From the NCBI GenBank assembly GCA_963836205.1, contig CAWIIV010000006.1:256001-320000 (forward strand): a stretch of DNA of 64,000 nucleotides, written 5' to 3'. The notes under the pieces are model-generated. The model ran no database searches and was not told the DNA's origin. It saw only the letters and a program-made list of their open reading frames with translations. Numbering within the stretch: the first letter of the stretch is position 1; each line of letters starts with the position of its first letter. The position numbers and the translations under genes were made by a program. This document shows, in pieces, positions 1-13,461 of this stretch. The DNA comes from an uncultured Acidimicrobiia bacterium (GTDB lineage Bacteria > Actinomycetota > Acidimicrobiia > Acidimicrobiales > AC-14).

Positions 1-48
1 GACCGCCTTCAGCCCCACCGACCGCCTCACCGGGTAACATCGCGATGC

Positions 49-281
49 ATGAAGCACGATGTGCGACGCACGACGGTGGCCGCCGACGTCGACGATCTCG
101 CCACCCTCGAAGCCGATGCCGCCCGGCGGGGGGTATCACTCACGACGGTGCTGGCGGAGGCGGTCGCCGAGAAGGCCGCCGCCCTCCGCCAGCGACGGCC
201 CCGCTTCGGTGTGGCTCGTTCGACGGACGGCCGGTCGGCCCGCGAGGTCGCGGCCGAGCCGGTAGCCGACCCGCCCGCCTG

Positions 282-282
<1 letters not shown>
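49..282 (+). CDS. vapB: VapB-type antitoxin (RHH/CopG-like)
   Basis: 77-aa ORF (RRTTV...AARRGVSLTTVLAEAV); its TGA overlaps the ATG of a PIN toxin (TGATG 280-284); TAACAT -10 at 35-40. Confidence 0.75.
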
Positions 283-3705
<3,423 letters not shown>

Positions 3706-3772
3706 TCCGAGCCCGCGAGCTCGGTGCGTTCGACCGCGCCGGCTGATGGTCCTCGGCGTACCCTGGATCCCG

Positions 3773-4330
3773 ATGAGCACGGCCGAGACCTGGTCATGGG
3801 ACGAGGCCGCCTTCGTGCTGGCATGGGAGGCGGGGGTGTTCGGCGAGGCACGCGTCGAGCTCGTCCGCGGGGAGGTATGGCCGGTGACGATCGGGGCCTG
3901 GCATGGCGTCGTCGCCGCCAACGTCGCCCACCTCCTCCGGCACCCGGGATGGACGGTCTCGCTGGCGACATTGCCGGCGGGGGATTCTCTGCCCGACCCG
4001 GACGCCTGGCTCGTCCGGCGGGGCGCCGTCCCTCTCGCCCGATTGGGCGGCACCGGGCGGCTGGCCCGTTGGAACCCGGCCGATGTCGCACTCGTGGTCG
4101 AAGTGGCCGACACCTCCCTGGTCGCCGATACGCAGGTGAAGGCTGCCGTCTACGGCGCCGCGGCCTACGCCACCTATTGGGTCGTCCACCGGGGAGGGGT
4201 GGAGGTTTTCAGCGAACCGTTCGAGGGCGGGTATCGACGTCGCGAACACGTGGCCGTCGATGGCGTCGTTACCGTGCCGGGATCAGGCGTCACCCTCGCC
4301 GTCGCCGAGCTGCTCGACGACGCCGACTGA
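3773..4330 (+). CDS. Uma2/DUF820 family PD-(D/E)xK endonuclease-like protein
   Basis: RVELVRG, H..V, PDPD, LVVEVADTSL..D...K..VY...YWVV motifs; alternative start 3746. Confidence 0.85.
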   Translation: MSTAETWSWDEAAFVLAWEAGVFGEARVELVRGEVWPVTIGAWHGVVAANVAHLLRHPGWTVSLATLPAGDSLPDPDAWLVRRGAVPLARLGGTGRLARWNPADVALVVEVADTSLVADTQVKAAVYGAAAYATYWVVHRGGVEVFSEPFEGGYRRREHVAVDGVVTVPGSGVTLAVAELLDDAD

Positions 4331-4366
4331 AGGATCGCCGACCAGCCGCACGACTGCGAACCTGCC

Positions 4367-5386
4367 TCAGGCGGCGATCCCTCCGCCGAGAACCCGGTCG
4401 CCGTCGTAGAGGACGACGCTCTGGCCGGGCGCCACCCGCCGGTGGGGCTCGGCGAAGGCCACGGTCGAGCGGCCGTCGAAGGTGGCGGCCACCTGACGGC
4501 CGTGGGCGCTCGTCTGGGCCTCGACCTCGCCCGCGGGTGATGGATCGCCGACCCACGTGAGGTCGGTGAGCTCGACCTGGTCGGTGTCGAGGTCGGCGAT
4601 GGTGCCGGCCACGATCGTCGACGACACGGGGTCGACGGACAGGGCGTACCGGCGGTCGCCGCCGCCCGTGCCCAGTCCCCGGCGCTGGCCCACCGTCACC
4701 AGCTCGACCGCGTCGACCCGTCCGACGGCCGAGCCGTCCAGTCCGACGACCCGACCCGGGTGCAGTTCGATCCGGGGGGACAGGAACGCCTCCCGGCCGC
4801 CGGCGGTGGTGATGAAGCACACGTCCTGGCTGTCGGGCTTGTCCGCCGTCACCAGCCTCCGGGCCGACGCGTACGAGCGCACCTCGGCCTTGGTCAGATT
4901 TCCGACGGGGAACAGGCAGCGGGCCAGCTCCGCCTGGCCGAGCACATACAGAACATACGACTGGTCCTTGTCGGGGTCGGCGCCCCGGCGGAGGACCCCG
5001 ATGGGGTCGTTGCGGGCGTGGTGGCCGGTGGCGACGGCATCGAAGCCGAGGGCCTCCGCCCGCCGCAGGAGCCGTCCGAACTTCAGGTGGCGGTTGCACT
5101 CGATGCACGGGTTGGGCGTCCGCCCGGCGGCGTGGGCGGCCACGTAGGGGGCGACGACCAGGGCCTCGAACTCGTCGGTGAACGTCCACGCCACGTGATC
5201 GATGCCGAGCTGGTGGGCGACCCGGCGGGCATCGTCGATCTCCGCCTCCGAGCAGCAGCCGGCGTCGACGGCCGCGCCCGCCCACAGGCGAAGGGTCACA
5301 CCGGTGACGTCGTGGCCCTCGTCCACCAGGAGGGCGGCCGCCACCGACGAGTCGACCCCGCCCGACATGGCGGCCAGGACCTTCAT
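4367..5386 (-). CDS. mnmA: tRNA 2-thiouridine(34) synthase
   Basis: AMSGGVDSS, TPNPCIECN, ATGH, KDQSYVL, DSQDVCF, VAPGQ motifs. Confidence 0.95.
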   Translation of the reverse strand: MKVLAAMSGGVDSSVAAALLVDEGHDVTGVTLRLWAGAAVDAGCCSEAEIDDARRVAHQLGIDHVAWTFTDEFEALVVAPYVAAHAAGRTPNPCIECNRHLKFGRLLRRAEALGFDAVATGHHARNDPIGVLRRGADPDKDQSYVLYVLGQAELARCLFPVGNLTKAEVRSYASARRLVTADKPDSQDVCFITTAGGREAFLSPRIELHPGRVVGLDGSAVGRVDAVELVTVGQRRGLGTGGGDRRYALSVDPVSSTIVAGTIADLDTDQVELTDLTWVGDPSPAGEVEAQTSAHGRQVAATFDGRSTVAFAEPHRRVAPGQSVVLYDGDRVLGGGIAA

Positions 5387-6510
5387 CGCCCCCCGTCCCG
5401 GAGGCGGGCCACCGCGGGCGGGATGACAGCCAGCGCGAGGTCGACGTCGGCCGCGGTGGTCTCTCGGCCCAGCGTGAGGCGCAGCGAGCCGAGGGCGCGG
5501 TCCCGGGGGACGCCCATGGCCGCCAGGACATGGGACGGCTCGACCGCACCGCTGGCACAGGCCGAGCCCGCCGAGGCATACACGCCGGCGCCGTCGAGGA
5601 GCATGAGGAGCGCCTCCGACTCGACGCCGGGAAAGGAGATGTGGCAGTTGCCGGCGACCTTTGTGTCGCGCCTGCCCGTCTCGTGCGAGTCCGGCACCGC
5701 CACCAGGAGTCCGTCGGCCAGGCGGTCGCGGAGGGCGCCGACCCGGACCACCACGTCGGCCCGCTCGGCCACGGTGGCCTGCATGGCCGCGGCCATGGCC
5801 ACGATGCCGGCCAGGTTGTGGGTGCCGCTGCGCCGGTCGCGCTCCTGTCCCCCGCCATGGAGGATGGGTGCGACCTTGATCGGCTGACGGACGACCAGGG
5901 CCCCGACGCCCTTCGGTCCCCCGAACTTGTGGGCGCTGACCGCGACCAGGTCGGCGACGCGGGCGACGTCGGCCACGTCGCTCCACGGAAAGGCGGCGAC
6001 GGCGTCGGTGTGCATGACGGCGCCGGGCGCGTGACGACGGACCGTGGCGGTGATCTCGGCCAGCGGCTGCACCGTGCCCACCTCGTTGTTGGCCAGCATC
6101 ACCGCCACGACGGTGACGTCGGCGTCGAGCAAGGCGGCCAGCCCGTCGAGGTCGACGACGCCGTCGGCGGTGACCGGCGCCAGCCGTCCTCCGAGGTCGG
6201 CGCAGGCGTTGAGGACGGCGTGGTGCTCGACCGCCGAGCAGACGACCGTCCCACCTCGCACCCGATGGATCCCGGCCACGGCGAGGTTGTCCGCCTCCGT
6301 CCCCCCACCGGTGAACACGATCTCCCCCGGCTCCGCCCCCAGGCAGGCGGCGACAACGTCCCGGGCCTCGTCGAGCGCCTTACGTGCCTCCCGCGCCACC
6401 GCGTGCGACCCCGACGGGTTGCCGAACCGGTCCCGCAGGAACGGAAGCATCGCCTCCACCGCCTCCACCCGCATGGCCGTGGTGGACGCGTTGTCGAGAT
6501 AGGCCGGCAT
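5383..6510 (-). CDS. iscS: Cysteine desulfurase (IscS/NifS)
   Basis: YLDNAST, GNPS, SAHKFGGPKG (PLP lysine), SAGSAC (catalytic Cys); coupled to mnmA. Confidence 0.93.
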   Translation of the reverse strand: MPAYLDNASTTAMRVEAVEAMLPFLRDRFGNPSGSHAVAREARKALDEARDVVAACLGAEPGEIVFTGGGTEADNLAVAGIHRVRGGTVVCSAVEHHAVLNACADLGGRLAPVTADGVVDLDGLAALLDADVTVVAVMLANNEVGTVQPLAEITATVRRHAPGAVMHTDAVAAFPWSDVADVARVADLVAVSAHKFGGPKGVGALVVRQPIKVAPILHGGGQERDRRSGTHNLAGIVAMAAAMQATVAERADVVVRVGALRDRLADGLLVAVPDSHETGRRDTKVAGNCHISFPGVESEALLMLLDGAGVYASAGSACASGAVEPSHVLAAMGVPRDRALGSLRLTLGRETTAADVDLALAVIPPAVARLRDGGR

Positions 6511-6636
6511 AGCAACCAGGCTACGCAGGTCGAAGAGGGAGACGTCCGACGCTCCCGCCGCCCGTCCGTCCAGAAAGAGTCCACCACTGGTTGCGCTTCG
6601 TCAACCAGCTGTTCCAGTCGGAAGGACGGAATGGCC

Positions 6637-7248
6637 TCATGCCAGATCGACGAAGGTTACGCCCGTCCCTCCAGCCGCCCGAAGGAACGCCAACACTTCC
6701 TCGGCCGTGGCCGGCACGATCCCGTCGGCGGTCTGGTGGCTTGGCGGAGGAAGGCCTCGCTGGCCTGGAAGCCCATCCCGCAGGCGAGCCCGAGGAGGAT
6801 CCAGTCGACCGCCGCGAAACGCCTGATCCGACCCGGGGCGAGGACACCGAGAAGGGCCAGCGGCGCCAACTTGAGAGTCTCCTCGACCATGGCGGCAATC
6901 CCGATCGACGGGCTCCCGGCGAGCTTCATCGAGACGGCACCGATCACGAGCGGCCCACAGCGCACTGATCGAGAACAGCCGGAGGACAGACACCCACCGC
7001 ACGGTCTTGGTCGGCGTCACCGCCAGCCACCCGAGCAGGATCGCCACACAGGGCAGCCACACGTGGACGCCCCGTCCGAATCCGTCGACGGAGGCGGACG
7101 CGATCACCACCGCAACCACGGCGACGACGTCGGCGACGACGAACCTCTTCAGCCGGCCCGGCTCACGCCCCAGCCACACAGCCAAAGGTCGCGCAGCCGC
7201 TCCCACCACTCGTGGTCCGCCACGACTGCCACGCCACAGGGTAGGCAT
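6637..7248 (-). pseudogene. Frameshifted, truncated PrsW-family intramembrane protease remnant
   Basis: TM-rich N-terminal frame shifts near 6960 into a frame with VEETLKLAPL and GLACGMGFQASE (PrsW EExxK and FxxxE motifs); the later His motifs are absent. Confidence 0.6.
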
Positions 7249-7313
7249 GCGGTGGTATTCCGCGCCACAACATCACCTTTTGCAGTTGCTCAACCCCGGG
7301 GCGCGCGCAGCTG

Positions 7314-8288
7314 TCAGCCGAGGGGGGCGAAGCCGCCGCCGTCAGCGGGGGGCACCGGTTCCGGCGCTACCGGCGGACGCCCGGGCTCCGCCACGGACGG
7401 CTGGCCGTCCTCTGTCGGTGCCGGAGCCCGCCACGATGTCGGCTCCGCATCCGGGGCCCGGACCGGGGCCTCCAGAGCTGGCCGCACGGGCGGCGATTGC
7501 GGTGGAACCGCCGGGGCCGATGGCGACCGGGGCGTCGGCGGCCGAGGGGCCGTTCGTAGTTGATAGACCGCGGCCACGCAGATCAACCACCAGGCGGGGT
7601 GGACGCCCGCAGGCGGCATGGGCCGGACCAGGGACGACAACGGGTCGGCCAAGCCGACGGACAGTTGGTAGCGCACCTTGTAGTCCAACCCCGGCGCCCG
7701 CAGGAGGAAGGCCCGCACCGCCCGGTAGTCGTCGGCCGTCATCCCGCTCACGTCGAGACTGGCGGCGTAGGACTCCAGCCCCGCCGGCACCGAGAACTCG
7801 GCCGCCTGGGGCGGTGGCAGGCCGGTGCGCTCCCGCAGGACCATGGTGCCCGCCACCAGGTCGCCCAGCCGTTGGTTGTTCTTCGTGGCCAGCACCGAGA
7901 TCACCGCCGCCGCGCCCGACGTGAGGAAGAAGTCGACCATCCCCAGCGCGGCCCGGATCGCGGCGTGGCGGAAGCGCACCGGCGCCCCCTCGACGGTCAC
8001 CACCCGCAGCCCCATCGCCGCCTTGCCGAGGGTCCGCCCCCGCCAGAGCGTCTCCATGGCGATCGGGTACCCGAAGATCAGGGCGAAGGCGAGGAGGAAG
8101 AAGAGGGCGATCCCGACGCCGCTGAAGTCGGCGGCCGACAGGCCGATGCCGATCAGGAGCAGGGCGAAGCCCAGCAGCGACTGCACCACCCAGTCGATGA
8201 GGAGGGCGACGAACCGCGACCCGACGCCGGCCGGCTGGAGGTCGAGCGGCACCGCCTCCGGTGTGACCACCGCCGGCGTTTCCATCAC
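7314..8288 (-). CDS. RDD family membrane protein
   Basis: VTPEAV, SRFVALLID, GRTLGK, QRLGDLVAGT; Pro-rich tail. Confidence 0.9.
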   Translation of the reverse strand: MMETPAVVTPEAVPLDLQPAGVGSRFVALLIDWVVQSLLGFALLLIGIGLSAADFSGVGIALFFLLAFALIFGYPIAMETLWRGRTLGKAAMGLRVVTVEGAPVRFRHAAIRAALGMVDFFLTSGAAAVISVLATKNNQRLGDLVAGTMVLRERTGLPPPQAAEFSVPAGLESYAASLDVSGMTADDYRAVRAFLLRAPGLDYKVRYQLSVGLADPLSSLVRPMPPAGVHPAWWLICVAAVYQLRTAPRPPTPRSPSAPAVPPQSPPVRPALEAPVRAPDAEPTSWRAPAPTEDGQPSVAEPGRPPVAPEPVPPADGGGFAPLG

Positions 8289-8308
8289 GACGTACGGTAC
8301 AGACAGCG

Positions 8309-9286
8309 GTGGACGTCGACTCCTACATTCGCACCAACCAGCCGGTCTGGACCCGGCTCGACGAGCTCACCGCCCGCGCCAGCCGCGGCGTCGGCCGGCT
8401 GTCGGCCGCCGAGCTCGACGAGCTGGTCAAGCTCTACCTGCGGGTCTCCACCCACCTGTCCTACGCCCGCACCTACTACCGCGACCCCTCCCTCACCGCA
8501 TCCCTCACCGGTCGGGTGGCCCGGTCGAACGCGGTCGTCTACGGCACCCGGTCCCGCACCCTGCGGGCGGTCGGCCGGTTCTTCGCGGTGAGCTTCCCCG
8601 CCGCCCTGTGGCACATCCGCCACTTCGTGCTGGTCAGCGTCGCCCTGCTCTTCGTCCCCGCCCTCGCCTTCGGCATCTGGGTCGCCAACTCGCCCGCCGC
8701 CCTGGAGGCCACCGGCCCCGCCGCCGTCCGGGAGGCCTATGTCCAGGAGGACTTCGAGGACTATTACTCGTCGGCCTCCGCCGCCGCCTTCGCCTCCCAG
8801 GTCTTCACCAACAACGTGCGGGTGGCGATCCTGGCCTTCGCCGGCGGCATCGCGTTCTGCCTGCTCACCGCGGCCATCCTCATCTACAACGGGGCCAGCC
8901 TGGGCGTCGCCGCGGGGCTGTTCGCCGCCGTCGGCCAGTCGCCCAAGTTCTGGGGGCTGATCCTCCCCCACGGGCTGCTGGAGCTGACCGCGGTCTGCGT
9001 CGCCGGGGGCGCCGGCCTGTGCCTGGGCTGGACGCTCATCGACCCCGGCGACCGCCCTCGCGCCGCCGCCCTGGCCGAGGAGGGCCGCCGGGCCATGCTC
9101 ATCGTCGTCGGACTGGTGGTGGTCTTCGGCGTGGCCGGCACGATCGAGGGCTTCGTGACCGGCAGTGGCCTGCCCACGACCGTCCGGGTGGGAATCGGGG
9201 TCGTCGCCGAGGTCGCCTTCCTCCTGTACTTCGTGGGCCAGGGGCGAGCCGTCTACAGCCGGCCGGTGGCCTTGACCTTGAGGTAG
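8309..9286 (+). CDS. SpoIIM/DUF95 family membrane protein
   Basis: MDVDSYI...W.RL, VFTNN, ILPHGLLEL, IEGFVT motifs. Confidence 0.9.
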   Translation: MDVDSYIRTNQPVWTRLDELTARASRGVGRLSAAELDELVKLYLRVSTHLSYARTYYRDPSLTASLTGRVARSNAVVYGTRSRTLRAVGRFFAVSFPAALWHIRHFVLVSVALLFVPALAFGIWVANSPAALEATGPAAVREAYVQEDFEDYYSSASAAAFASQVFTNNVRVAILAFAGGIAFCLLTAAILIYNGASLGVAAGLFAAVGQSPKFWGLILPHGLLELTAVCVAGGAGLCLGWTLIDPGDRPRAAALAEEGRRAMLIVVGLVVVFGVAGTIEGFVTGSGLPTTVRVGIGVVAEVAFLLYFVGQGRAVYSRPVALTLR

Positions 9287-10562
9287 GCGTCGGCCAGGAG
9301 GGGGGCGAGGCGGCCGGGCTCGGCGTCGACGACGGTGGCCCCCATGCCCCGGAGGAGGGCGACCGTGCGCGCCCGGTCGGTGCGGGCCGCCACCGCCGCC
9401 GCCTTGCGGTAGGTGGAGGATGCGTCGGGGGGAACGGCCCCGGCCCACTCGGCCACGTCGGGGTCGGCCACGCTGGCCACGATCACCAGGTGGTGGCGGC
9501 TGAGAAGGGGGAGGACGGGCAGCACCGTCTCCGTCACCGCCTGCTCGGCCAGCTCGGTGAACAGGACCAGCAACGATCGCCGGCGGAAGCGGCCCAGGGT
9601 CGACGCGAACGCGCCCCGGTAGTCGCTCTCCACCAGCTGCGGCTCGAGGGCGTACATGGCCTCGGTGACCCGTCCGAGCTGATCCCGGCCGGCCCGGGGG
9701 GGACGATCGCCCGCACCACCTGGTCGAAGGCCACCAGCCCTACCTTGTCGCCCAGCCGGGAGGCAACTGCCGTCAGCATCATCACCGCGTCCATGGCGTG
9801 GTCGAGGCGGGGGACGTCGGCCACCCGGCCCGCCATCATCCGTCCGCTGTCGAGCAGGAGGAGGACGGTCTGGTTGCGCTCGGCCCGGTACGTGCGCACG
9901 ATCGGCCGGCCGACCCGGGCGGTGGCGGCCCAGTCCACCCGCCGGAACTCGTCGTCGACCGTGTACTCCCGGAGCTGGTCGAACTCGGTGCCGCCCCCCC
10001 GCCCGGGTGCCGACCGCAGGCCGATCTCGAGGATGCGGGCCCGGTCGATGCGCAGCTCCGCCTCCTCCCGCGACCGGAACGGCGGGTACACCCGCAAGAT
10101 GCCCGGCACCCGGAGCCGACCCTGCCGGGCGGCCAGCCGCCAGGGTCCCTCGACCCGCACCACGATCTCGGTGGGCGTGAACTTCCCCCGCCGCCGGGGC
10201 CGGATGGCGGTGCGGGCGGTGGCCCGTCCCCCCGGAGGCACCACGATGCGGGCCCGGCGGGAGGTCGCGCCCAACGATGGCGACAGCTCGTCGGCCAGGG
10301 TGAGGCGCAGGAGGCGATCAGAGGCCGGGTTGCGCACCGTCCATCGCACCTCGGCCTCCCCCCCGAGGGGGACGACCCCCGGCAGGTTTCGTTCGACCGG
10401 GATGGTCGCCGGCCTCGGCGCCCGGGCCCAGTCGACGACGGCCGCCGCCAACAGGGCCACGTCCACCACCCACAGCGCCGCCGCCGGCCACGGCGACGCC
10501 AAAACCACCAGCGACGCCACCGCCGCCGCCGCCACCAGCCGGGCCGTGGGAACGGGCATCAC
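9253..10562 (-). CDS. DUF58 vWA-like MoxR partner; 1-nt frameshift near 9693
   Basis: GGGTEFDQLREY, RRVDWAAT, LLDSGRMM; restoring one base joins IVPPG to AGRDQLGRVTEAMYALEP in ORF 9253-9657. Confidence 0.85.
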
Positions 10563-10567
10563 GCCAT

Positions 10568-10619
10568 CGAACTGGTGACGGATTTGGTGGCTCTGGCAAC
10601 CAAAACCGTCACCGGTTCG
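10568..10619. repeat. 52-bp imperfect palindrome, type A copy 1
   Basis: CGAACTGGTGAC GGATTT GGTGGC TCTG GCAACC AAAACC GTCACCGGTTCG. Confidence 0.85.
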
Positions 10620-10658
10620 CCACGGCCGGCAGTGCGCCTCACCGCGGCATCACGACGT

Positions 10659-10710
10659 CGAACCGGTGACGGAAAAGGGGGCCCTGACGCCCGGAACTGT
10701 CACCGGTTCG
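10659..10710. repeat. 52-bp imperfect palindrome, type A copy 2
   Basis: CGAACCGGTGAC GGAAAA GGGGGC CCTG ACGCCC GGAACT GTCACCGGTTCG. Confidence 0.85.
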
Positions 10711-10734
10711 AGCGCAGGCGGCGGGCAGTGGCCC

Positions 10735-11688
10735 TCACCGCGGAACGGGCACCGCGGCCAGGACGCCGTCGAGGACGCCGTCGGCGGTGACGCCCTCCAG
10801 CTCCACCTCAGGCCGCAACGAGATGCGGTGCCGCAACGCCGGCTTCGCCACCGCCTTGACCTCGTCGGGGGTGACGAACGACTTCCCGGCCAGGAACGCC
10901 CACGCCTTGGCCGCGGCCAGCAACATCACCGCGCCCCGGGGCGACGCGCCCAGGGCCAGCGACGGCGACTCCCGGGTCGCCCGCACGATGGCGACGATGT
11001 AGGCCTGGACCTTGTCCTCCACCGCCACCAGTCCCACCGCCCGGCGGGCGGCAGCCAGGTCGGCCACGCCGGCCACCGGCGAGATCCCCAGGGTGGCGAC
11101 GTCGTGGGGGTTCATCCCTGCGTGGTGGCGGGCGACGACCGCCTGCTCCTGCTCGGCGGTGGGATAGGGCACCGACAGCTTGAGCATGAAGCGGTCGAGC
11201 TGGGCCTCGGGCAGGGGGTACGTGCCCTCGTATTCCACCGGGTTCTGGGTGGCCACCACCACGAACGGGTCGGGCAGGGGCCGGGTGTCGCCCGCCACCG
11301 TCACCTGCCGCTCCTCCATGGCCTCCAGCAGCGACGCCTGGGTCTTGGGTGGGGTGCGGTTGATCTCGTCGGCCAGCAGGAGGTTGGTGAACACCGGCCC
11401 CGGTCGGAACCGGAAGTCCCGTCCCTCGAGGATCACCTGGCCGGTGACGTCGGACGGCATGAGGTCGGGGGTGAACTGCACCCGCTTGAAGTCGAGGTCG
11501 AGCGACGCCGCCAGCACCTTGACCAGCAGCGTCTTGGCCACGCCCGGCACCCCCTCCAGCAGGACGTGGCCCCGCACCAGGAGGGCGACGACCAGGCCGG
11601 TGAGCACCGCGTCCTGGCCGACGACGACCTTGGCCACCTCCTCCCGGATGCGCAGCACGGCCGCCCGGGGGTCGTTCGCGTCAGCCAA
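10735..11688 (-). CDS. moxR: MoxR family AAA+ ATPase
   Basis: GHVLLEGVPGVAKT Walker A, QFTPDLMPSD, LADEINR, ATQNP, LDRF; probable TTG start. Confidence 0.95.
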   Translation of the reverse strand: MADANDPRAAVLRIREEVAKVVVGQDAVLTGLVVALLVRGHVLLEGVPGVAKTLLVKVLAASLDLDFKRVQFTPDLMPSDVTGQVILEGRDFRFRPGPVFTNLLLADEINRTPPKTQASLLEAMEERQVTVAGDTRPLPDPFVVVATQNPVEYEGTYPLPEAQLDRFMLKLSVPYPTAEQEQAVVARHHAGMNPHDVATLGISPVAGVADLAAARRAVGLVAVEDKVQAYIVAIVRATRESPSLALGASPRGAVMLLAAAKAWAFLAGKSFVTPDEVKAVAKPALRHRISLRPEVELEGVTADGVLDGVLAAVPVPR

Positions 11689-12817
11689 CCGGTCCTCCTC
11701 CTCGGACCCGGCGGCGGATGGACTCCACCGAGTGCGCCAGGGCCACCAGGCCATCCTCGTTCGCCGGGCGTCCCCCCGCCAGCACGCCCAGCACCTCGTC
11801 CGCGGTCAGGTCGCCGAATGCGCCGGGCGAGGCCGACGCCGCCAGCGCGCCCGCCACCACCTCGGCCGGGGTGGCCGGCGGCAACCCGAGGCGCTCGGCC
11901 AGCCACCGGCGCAGGTCGTCTCGCAGCACCGACGCCGCCTGCTCCCGGCCCTTGGCCCGCTGGAGCAGCTCCCCCACCGCCACCACCAGCTCCGATCCCG
12001 CCAGCGGCACCGGCTGGGGTTCGAGCACGGGGCGACCCAGGCGGCGCGCCCGCCACAGCACGAGCACCCCGAAGGCCACTGCCAGCTGCAGCACGGCCAG
12101 CTCCCAGCGCCGGGCCACCAGGTCGAGCAGGCCCTTCTCACCTTCGCCCGGTGCCGGCGGGCGCAGCACGACAACCCGCTCCGACGTCGTCGGCGCCAGC
12201 AGGGTCACCGCCAGCAGGCCGTTGTCGGCGTCGCCGAGGTTGGCGTTGACCAGGAAGCCGGCCCCCCCGACCGCCACCACGGTGCCGTCGCCGATGGGGA
12301 CGACGACCAACCAGGCCTCGTCGTCGGAACCGGCCCGGAAGCACCCGGTAGCCCCGTCCGGCACCGCCTGGAGGATCGCCCCGGGGACGTCGACCCGCTG
12401 CACCTGGCGCAGGGCGGGCACGGTGCAGTCCCGCCGCAGCTCGGGTTCGAGGAACACGAATTCGGCTCCTCGGACGGGCACCACCGGGCTCAGGGGCGAG
12501 GACACGTCGGTCACGACGAGCGTTCCGCCGGCCGCCACCCACGCCGCGACCTGTTCCCGGGTCGCGTCGTCGAGGCCGTCGTCCAACAGCAGGGCGGTGG
12601 TGGCCGACGGCCCCGGTGCCTCCGACTGCACCGACACGTCCGCCCCCAGCAGGCGGAGGGTGTCGACCAGGGCCTTGGTGCCGGTCGGACCGGTCGACGA
12701 CGGGTCGAGCGGGGGACCCTCGGCGGGCGGGGCGCCGCCGACCAGGGCCACCGCCACGATGGCCGCCACCACCGCCACCCACGGCCACCACACCCGGAGT
12801 CGGTCCCGGGTGATCAC
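11681..12817 (-). CDS. DUF4350 domain membrane-anchored protein
   Basis: N-terminal TM, LDP.S..P.GTKAL, WV.AGG.LV, N..L...DN, C-terminal TM followed by RRLG. Confidence 0.8.
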   Translation of the reverse strand: MITRDRLRVWWPWVAVVAAIVAVALVGGAPPAEGPPLDPSSTGPTGTKALVDTLRLLGADVSVQSEAPGPSATTALLLDDGLDDATREQVAAWVAAGGTLVVTDVSSPLSPVVPVRGAEFVFLEPELRRDCTVPALRQVQRVDVPGAILQAVPDGATGCFRAGSDDEAWLVVVPIGDGTVVAVGGAGFLVNANLGDADNGLLAVTLLAPTTSERVVVLRPPAPGEGEKGLLDLVARRWELAVLQLAVAFGVLVLWRARRLGRPVLEPQPVPLAGSELVVAVGELLQRAKGREQAASVLRDDLRRWLAERLGLPPATPAEVVAGALAASASPGAFGDLTADEVLGVLAGGRPANEDGLVALAHSVESIRRRVRGGGPVG

Positions 12818-13461
12818 CGGCCCACCCCCGACAGAACCTCGTCGGCCAGGCCCCGGAACCGCACCGTCTCGTCCTCACCGGTGGGCCGTTCGCCGTACCA
12901 GGCCCGCTCGAACAGCTCGGTGGCGCCGGCGAAGGGGGCGGCAACGGCGGGCGCCGCCCCCGCCATCTCGACCCGGTACTCCCCCGCGGTGCGGCCCGCC
13001 ACCTCCTCCACCAGGCCCCGGTCGGCCAGCTCCGCCACCAGCGCCCGGTAGCGGCAGCGCAGGGCCTGGCGCCATTGGCCGGCCCGCTCGGCGGCCTCGG
13101 CGTCGGCCCGCCACTCGGCCGCCCCCCGTCTGGGCGTGGCCACCGAGTCCACCCCTCGCCCCGGGTCCCGGGTGACGCCCCGGCCGAAGCGGATGGCGAC
13201 CACCACGATGGCGAGCACGGCCACCGCCAGGATGGCCCAGGCGACGACCGTCCCCCGGCCGCCGCCGAGCAGGGCGCCGAGGATCCGCTCGACGAAGTCG
13301 ATGACTGCGTCCCGGAGCCGTTGGACGAGCCCGGGCTCCGGGCGCTGGTACTCGGCCCGGGAGAGCACCTCGCCGATGGCGTCGCGCACCGCCTCCGGCG
13401 AACGTTCCGGAGGGGGCAGGTCGGCCACCAGCCGGGCCGCCCAGCTAGCGGCTGGACTCAC
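12814..13461 (-). CDS. DUF4129 domain protein
   Basis: ALRCRYRALV..L, GRTAGEY, FERAWYG motifs. Confidence 0.82.
   Translation of the reverse strand: MSPAASWAARLVADLPPPERSPEAVRDAIGEVLSRAEYQRPEPGLVQRLRDAVIDFVERILGALLGGGRGTVVAWAILAVAVLAIVVVAIRFGRGVTRDPGRGVDSVATPRRGAAEWRADAEAAERAGQWRQALRCRYRALVAELADRGLVEEVAGRTAGEYRVEMAGAAPAVAAPFAGATELFERAWYGERPTGEDETVRFRGLADEVLSGVGR

Noticed and set aside
10568-10710. Integron attC sites (AAC...GTT ends)
   Set aside because: Shorter than typical attC, lacking RYYYAAC/GTTRRRY boxes, with no cassette array or integrase; kept only as a structural analogy
10552-10752. Target-site duplication TGCCCGTTCC at the moxR end and DUF58 start
   Set aside because: Both copies are coding (VPVPR and MPVPT), and VPVP is a common MoxR terminus, so coincidence is likely
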